Below are positions 58,564 through 64,000 of a stretch of DNA of 64,000 bases, piece after piece. The stretch's first letter is position 1; the number at the start of each line of letters is the position of its first letter. A program made the translations under genes and the position numbers. Below the pieces are notes generated by a model. It did no database searches. It saw only the letters and a list, made by a program, of their open reading frames with translations, and was not told the DNA's origin. Where the stretch lies: positions 223,195 to 287,194 of the forward strand of contig QPMI01000515.1 in assembly GCA_004431415.1 (NCBI GenBank). Reading direction: 5' to 3'. The stretch is from Cyanophora paradoxa CCMP329 (Eukaryota > Plantae > Glaucophyta).

Positions 58564-59928
58564 ATGGATATTACGTCGACCCTCCAGCGCCTTTCGTTGA
58601 AAGAAGCCCTAACAACCCCAGAGGAGGCCAAGGCCTTCTTTCTGGATAACTCCCTAATGCTTGGTCTTGAATCCAAGTCGAAGCCCGTTCTTGTTGTTGT
58701 GAACCCGAGCAATACTTTTGAAAATAGTGTTGGAAATCGCATTTCATTCAAACTCCCTCGCTACAATTTCTGTGGCAAACTCGAACTTGCCTTCGACCTT
58801 CCAGCTATCACTTTTGGTGATGCTGATCTTGTTCGGAATGGGTACACTCGCCCAGTTGGTGCTTTGGTTCAGCGACTTGAAATTACCTATGGGTCATACA
58901 CCTACCATATCCCTTCTGATTTCCTTGCTCATTTCCCTCTTGTCTATTATAGTGAGGATCAGCTTGCCAAAAAGAAGCGATCAATGGCATGCTTCACGGC
59001 ATCCCCGCCCATGGAACCAACCGACTTGGTGGCTCATTCTTTGTTGAAATTCCTGTGCCTTGGCTAAACCACTACCTACCTCTTGGTGCTCTGTCTGGTG
59101 AAATGGTAGTAACTGTTTGGTTCAAGGATGTAGGGAAGGGTTATGTTGAGACTTCTTATGGTGGTCGTACTCTTCCTAAGGCTGGGGACACAGCCATTGA
59201 TGGGACAAGGATGATGGGCTTGGCGTCGCACCTGCTGAATCTGTGCTGGCACATGTTGGCCAAAACATCACCACTTTCAATCTTGGTGCGCCAAACGTTG
59301 AAATTAAAATTACTTCTCCTCGCCTTTATATGTATGCTGTTAATGTGTCTGATGAGCTTTTCGCTACTGTTATTGAGAAGGTAAAGACAATGGCATGGCT
59401 ATCCCTGCTCTGGATATTGGATTTGTGGATGTCAGTGATTTGAAAGCCAAGGGTCTTGCCCACCCAATCGAGTTAACTCTCCCAAATATCAGGTCTCGTT
59501 TATGCTCTGCTTGTTTCAGTTCGTGATAACGCTAATGTTGACAAAGCTAATGGTTCCCACAGTGTACTTAAGACCTACTCCAACTCCAAAGATATTACTT
59601 TCACTGTGGAAATTAATGGTCAACGTCTCTATGCCACTGAGCCCATTCCACTGCTCAAGGGTGCTGAGCTGATTGCTGATGTCTTCAAATGCTCTAATAT
59701 GGATAAGGTTGCTGATCGCTATGTTCTTTCAGGCTTCCGTTCTGTCTTGATGGTGAGAAGGCAATTCGCAATGTTGCCCAGTCTGGCTATGTTGACCTGA
59801 CCAATTCTTCATCTTCATTCCTCACTCTCTACATGCCCACTGACAAGGTTATTGATGTCAATGTTCGCGCTCTCATGCACAGCTTTATCATAGTGGACAA
59901 GGACGGCTTAAGGCGAATCAATCTATAA
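58564..59928 (+). CDS. Double-jelly-roll major capsid protein, several frameshifts
   Basis: RISFKLPR, LELAFDLPAI, LVQRLEITYG, VEIPVPWLNHYLPLGAL..VVTVWF, VEINGQRL, and C-terminal VNVRALMHSFIIVDKDG. About 455 codons, lying between the penton and the ATPase. Confidence 0.82.
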
Positions 59929-59980
59929 ACCATATTCAGTCACATCGTATTATTTTTATCTGGTTCTTTATAGAAGAAGC

Positions 59981-60710
59981 ATGGGCGACTTGGACGAATT
60001 TAATGCTGGTGAGATGATAAATCCCCCTTTCCGCGTTTTGGCAATTGGCAAATCTGCTACTGGTAAATCAGAGGCTGTCAAGTACTGGCTCAAAACAGCT
60101 TCATGATGCCAAAAAGATTGATGTCGTTTTGGTGGTGAGTGGAACAAGCTTTAATCATTTCTGGGATAAAGTGGCCACATTACAATTGGGGAAATGGGAC
60201 GCCCCCTACATTGCTAAATTGCTGGATGAAAGGCAAGAGAAAATAGAAAAGGGGAACCTGTAAACCAATTATGTGTTGTTTTGGACGACCTTATTGACAA
60301 CGAAATAGTAGATTTAACCCGAGATAAATAATCGGAAGTCTTTACAGTCGTGGTAGACATTCGAAAATATCTATTATCTGTATCACACAAAAGCTGAGGA
60401 AAGTCTCATCAACAATTCGTGTCAACTCAGATTATGCTATGTTCCTAAGCGCTGCCAATAGAAAGGAGCTTGAAGCCATTGAGGAAGAATATAATATAAT
60501 GCGGACAAAGATGTTTTCTATAAAATGTTTGAAGAGTACGTTCATTCCTATCAGTTTCTAATTTGGTCATCCGCCGATTATTCTGTGAAATATTTCGTAG
60601 ATAAAGCGGATTTGGTCAAAGATTTCCCATTTCCACGGTTCCACAGGAAGCCAAAGAAGAAAGAAGATGAGCTTAAACCACCAGAGAAAGAAGAGGGCGC
60701 AAAGAAGTGA
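59981..60710 (+). CDS. A32/FtsK-HerA-type DNA packaging ATPase, several frameshifts
   Basis: Walker A GKSATGKS, Walker B CVVLDD, and the A32 motif SRGRHSKISIICITQ...IRVNSDY. These motifs are not shown in the ORF track. Confidence 0.92.
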
Positions 60711-60788
60711 AAAGCCAAGTTCATAGTAATAAGTTAATGCGATATAAACGCGGTCTATAAAAATATCTCTCACTTTAATAAAGACACA

Positions 60789-61521
60789 ATGCCCCCCAAA
60801 CGAAAATAGGCATCCCTGCTGGGGCTGTTGGTTATTCAGGTGGTGGTAACAATGGCTCCATTAACACAGACCCGCTTAAATTCAATGGAATGAATGAGAT
60901 AAAGCCCTCACAACAGCAAGAGGATCCCCTTAATGCCGCCTATGAGGAATCTTTGATGACAAAGCCCCACAGACGTCCACCAGTGATCAGCTCAACATCT
61001 CCCCTGAAGCTTCTAAAATGAAGGCTGTGGGTGAGGGTGCCAGGCGAATTATAGGTGCTGCTGATGATAAAGGTCTTGGGCTCCAAGATCTATCACTCAC
61101 TCGCAAAGGTGAGGGTCTCAGTAAAGAATCCGACAAGGTTATCCAGTCTATGGCGGGTGAAGTCACATACAAGACTGCTCCCACCCAGAATATTCATAGA
61201 GTTCCCAAGGCTCAATGGGACGAGATGACTGCCAAGCTTAAAGATCTGGAAGCCAAATCAAGTGCCTTAGAGCAATATGTAACTGAGAAGAGAGAGAGAT
61301 CCAAACTCAAGGAGATGCTAAGAAAGGAGGTGTTCAAAATGGGGATCACTGGGATTCCAGATAAACAGTTTATTGCCAAGAAAGAGAACCAAATTGATGA
61401 GCAAGCTGTTGATGAAATGAAAACAAAGACCCAAAAGGGGACTATTGAGCCAGGTGCTACAAAGGCTGAGGTGGACAAAGGTGTAGCCCCCACAGTGTAT
61501 AAACGACGGGTTTGGCTTTGA
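60789..61521 (+). CDS. Hypothetical basic protein (frameshifted), possible core protein
   Basis: ATG 60789 (MPPKRK) follows an AT-rich leader, and the coding sequence continues into the 61018-61521 ORF. Confidence 0.55.
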
Positions 61522-61549
61522 GAAAAAATAAACGTTTTTTCTATTATAA

Positions 61550-61780
61550 ATGGATGATACCATCAGTCTGGTTGAGTTCACCGTTGATAGTCCTGTTAGT
61601 GAGAGTTATATTAAGAGCGCTGTAGCAAACCAAAAACGATACAGGGAAGACCCAGAATATAGAGAGTTTAAGAAACAGCAAGCCTTGGCATCATATTATC
61701 GCCGAAGGGCACAAAAAGATGTTGTGAGGCCTATAGGGAGGCCAATTAAACATTATTTGACCACTGAGAGCAGCAACTGA
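61550..61780 (+). CDS. Small basic protein with an AT-hook-like RPIGRP
   Basis: 76-aa ORF, KRYREDPEYREFKKQQALASYYRRR. Confidence 0.65.
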   Translation: MDDTISLVEFTVDSPVSESYIKSAVANQKRYREDPEYREFKKQQALASYYRRRAQKDVVRPIGRPIKHYLTTESSN

Positions 61781-61805
61781 GTTATTTTGTCCTGTTACTT
61801 GTAAG

Positions 61806-62072
61806 ATGTGGCAATGGCTCCAACAATTGCTGGATATGTTTCATATACATGTGACCAGCAATTATAAGTGTAGCTGTTGTGATACTACTATTGACGTCAG
61901 CATTGGATCTTCCTCCCCAAGTGGATCCAGGAGTGGGTCTCCCTATGATGTGGTGCGCTCAACTGAGGGGCAAAGGGTAAGCTTGGAGAGCATTGAAGAG
62001 GTGACAGGGGAGCAATTTGCTCAGGCTGTAAGCAGCGCTTGGAATGAGTACCAAGGAAACCGTCTACATTGA
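61806..62072 (+). CDS. Hypothetical protein, 88 aa
   Basis: ORF that tiles with its neighbours; contains CSCC. Confidence 0.5.
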   Translation: MWQWLQQLLDMFHIHVTSNYKCSCCDTTIDVSIGSSSPSGSRSGSPYDVVRSTEGQRVSLESIEEVTGEQFAQAVSSAWNEYQGNRLH

Positions 62073-62077
62073 ACACA

Positions 62078-62314
62078 TTATCTGCCATCAGGGAAGGGGC
62101 TAATCTCATTTCCAAGCATGAGGAGATCGTTTGATATTTTTTGTAAAGCTGCTTTGATATGTGGAGACAGGGGGGCTATTCGATGACCAAGGTTGTACAG
62201 TTCTATAGAGACGCGATGTATGGAGTCACTCAATTCAGGGCTTGGAGACGTCAGCGCCAAATATGAGAGTTCAAAGGAGACCTCTACAAGGCGAGTATGG
62301 ATGGGAGTTGTCAT
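62078..62314 (-). CDS. Hypothetical helical protein, 78 aa
   Basis: Convergent ORF that tiles with 61806-62072 and has an AT-rich leader. Confidence 0.5.
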   Translation of the reverse strand: MTTPIHTRLVEVSFELSYLALTSPSPELSDSIHRVSIELYNLGHRIAPLSPHIKAALQKISNDLLMLGNEISPFPDGR

Positions 62315-62510
62315 AATAATCTACTTTTAGGCAGCATAAAAATGCGAAAGGGGCGGCTCTGCGTAGAGCTTGATGAGAGCTTCACAGGAAAAAAAAGAGC
62401 GCTCAAAACGGCCAATCTGGTGCCGAGATATTCGCGTTTGAAGTTCCTTAAGTGGCTCTAATTGAAAGTTTTAGAAACATTCTTATAGAGCTCTATAAGG
62501 AAATAGCTGC

Positions 62511-62687
62511 GCAATCTCAGCGTTGCGCGGCCATACAAGGAGCAATCTCAGGCTTGCGCAGCCACACACTGAGCAATCTCCGGCTTGCGCGGCCATACAA
62601 GGAGCAATCTCAGCGTTGCGCGGCCATACAAGGAGCAATCTCAGGCTTGCGCAGCCACACACTGAGCAATCTCAGGCTTGCGCAGCC
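62511..62687. repeat. Six 31-bp tandem units with dyad GCAA-N8-TTGC
   Basis: GCAATCTC starts at 62511, 62542, 62573, 62604, 62635 and 62666. Confidence 0.95.
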
Positions 62688-62694
62688 CGCGTGT

Positions 62695-62848
62695 ATATGT
62701 ATATGATATATATGAAAAAAAAACAAGTTTTGGTAAAAACCACAGCGCCGTGATCGCCATGACGCGGCGAGTCCGAAAAGCTATGATATATATATATGTC
62801 ATGTGACATCATAATATATCATATACATATATCATTATGGTATATACA
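62695..62848 (+). repeat. ~150-bp direct repeat, copy 1 (copy 2 at 63184-63334)
   Basis: Near-identical ACAAGTTTTGGTAAAAAC...GTGATCGCCATGACGCGGCGAGTCC...ATGGTATATACA. Confidence 0.95.
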
Positions 62849-62939
62849 AGTCGCTCAAATTTAAGTCTTATAAGGTCTTATAAGAGTTGTCTTATAGAAT
62901 TCTTTTCTAAAATCTTATATGGTCTTATAAGATTTAATG

Positions 62940-63173
62940 TGCGTACTTTAGCTGGTACGCAAGCCACTGTGCGTACCGTAGCAGTACGCAGCCCACTGTG
63001 CGTACCGTAGCGCAGTACGCAAGCCACTGTGCGTACCGTAGCGCAGTACGCAGCCACTGTGCGTACCGTAGCGCAGTACGCAGGCCACTGTGCGTACCGT
63101 AGCGCAGTACGCAAGGCCCTGTGCGTACCGTAGCGCAGTACGCAGGCCCCTTGCGTACCGTGGCTCAGTACGC
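62940..63173. repeat. Eight ~30-31-bp tandem units with dyad TGCGTAC-N7-9-GTACGCA
   Basis: GCGTAC starts at 62941, 62971, 63000, 63031, 63061, 63092, 63123 and 63153. Confidence 0.95.
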
Positions 63174-63183
63174 GCGAACGTAC

Positions 63184-63334
63184 ATATGTATATGATATAT
63201 ATAAAAAAACAAGTTTTGGTAAAAACTACAGCGCCGTGATCGCCATGACGCGGCGAGTCCGGAAAGCTATGTTATATATATATGTCATGTGACATCATAA
63301 TATATCATATACATATATCATTATGGTATATACA
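63184..63334 (+). repeat. ~150-bp direct repeat, copy 2
   Basis: Matches 62695-62848 with a few differences. Confidence 0.95.
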
Positions 63335-63492
63335 TTTGGTATATGCGAAACTGAAAATATTCGTAGCTCGTCACCAGATCATCGTAAGGCTATGATGTTG
63401 GGGTCTATAAATATCTACTTTTTACGAGGAATCCAACAGAGATAGTATCAAGGGATGAATCGGTGATTTTGAGATGGGGGTACTTACAATTT

Positions 63493-63729
63493 TCATGACT
63501 TTCTCCAGCTAAAATTTGCTTTGTGGAGTAGGGCATACCCCTCCATGCCATAGTTATCACATATGATGTTCTCATATGCCTCCATCAATCTGCGCAATTC
63601 TTTACTTTTCTGGGGGTTGATGTCTTGGGGGGACTTCCTATACTCATCATAATACTGCTGCCTGACTGCCTCCCACAGTTCAACCATGTCCTCAAGGGGG
63701 ATGTCATCATAGCTGCTATCTGAGTCCAT
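63493..63729 (-). CDS. Hypothetical protein, 78 aa
   Basis: MDSDSSYDDIPLEDMVELWEAVRQQYYDEY...; same CpG-poor composition as block B. Confidence 0.55.
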   Translation of the reverse strand: MDSDSSYDDIPLEDMVELWEAVRQQYYDEYRKSPQDINPQKSKELRRLMEAYENIICDNYGMEGYALLHKANFSWRKS

Positions 63730-64000
63730 GGTGGTACTGGTGGGCTTATGTAAGACTGTTTGGGGGGTTGGGGGTGTCAAGAATCAATTTTTGGTGGGCA
63801 CTTGGGGGCTTGGGCTCTTCACCATGCTATATGAAGATGTCCTTAAGTGCTGGTGGCCTACAAGCAAGTGGGGTGGATTTTGGGGGGGTTAGGGGACTCA
63901 AGGAGAAGTTAGGGGGGGTTTCTGCCAACTGACGTCTTGTTGTTTAGGTTACCATTCTCAGTCTGGAAGGTGGGGTTTAGGGGGGATTAGGGGGTTGTGG

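Larger units (their letters stand above)
45047..64000. mobile_element. Block B: endogenous Polinton-like virus (runs off the window end)
   Basis: Abrupt drop in GC, intronless tightly packed genes, and a contiguous penton-penton-MCP-A32 ATPase module plus fibre and lipase genes. Confidence 0.9.

Noticed and set aside
56535-60710. Virophage (Lavidaviridae) or canonical Polinton assignment
   Set aside because: No cysteine protease, pPolB or rve integrase is in the window. PLV is the conservative call pending phylogeny.
45188-62425. Terminal inverted repeat between 45188-45206 (GGCACCAG..TTGGCCG) and 62409-62425
   Set aside because: Only about 15 gapped matching bases; too weak to call the ends of block B.
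62452-63114. ORFs over the right-hand arrays
   Set aside because: They are translations of tandem repeats with non-ATG starts.
62511-63173. CRISPR array
   Set aside because: The units are contiguous tandem repeats with no unique spacers, and no cas genes are present.

Overview
Bases 1 to ~39,500 are chromosomal DNA from a very GC-rich, intron-dense eukaryote, probably a flagellated protist or alga (species not identifiable from sequence alone). Most ORFs in the supplied track there are spurious. Splicing by eye recovers nine genes: a homeodomain factor, a coiled-coil protein, a GT48 1,3-beta-glucan synthase, an NCS-type EF-hand/PIP5K fusion, HMCES (SRAP), a Cys homologue of selenoprotein S, a hemerythrin-like protein with a CaaX box, an STPG/SHIPPO-repeat protein and one unknown. 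Two intact MITEs (TA and 8-bp target duplications) follow. From ~39,500 to the window end is gene-dense foreign DNA in two blocks. Block A (~39.5-45.05 kb, GC-richer) carries a probably nuclease-dead HNH gene among four copies of a ~100-bp repeat, a paralogue pair, and an FN3 gene that stops at a perfect 28-bp hairpin. Block B (45.05 kb to the end, AT-rich, CpG-depleted) is a Polinton-like virus. It encodes a double-jelly-roll major capsid protein, two penton-like proteins, an A32-type packaging ATPase, a ~2,460-aa multi-lectin fibre, a patatin-discoidin lipase and an S-adenosylmethionine decarboxylase, plus a duplicated dyad-repeat control region. No polymerase, helicase, integrase or protease is visible, and the right end lies outside the window. 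Many block-B genes carry single-base frameshifts (sequencing error or early decay). The best candidates for new biology are the SAM decarboxylase in a CpG-depleted endogenous virus, the hairpin-marked nested junction, and the dead-HNH/repeat cassette.
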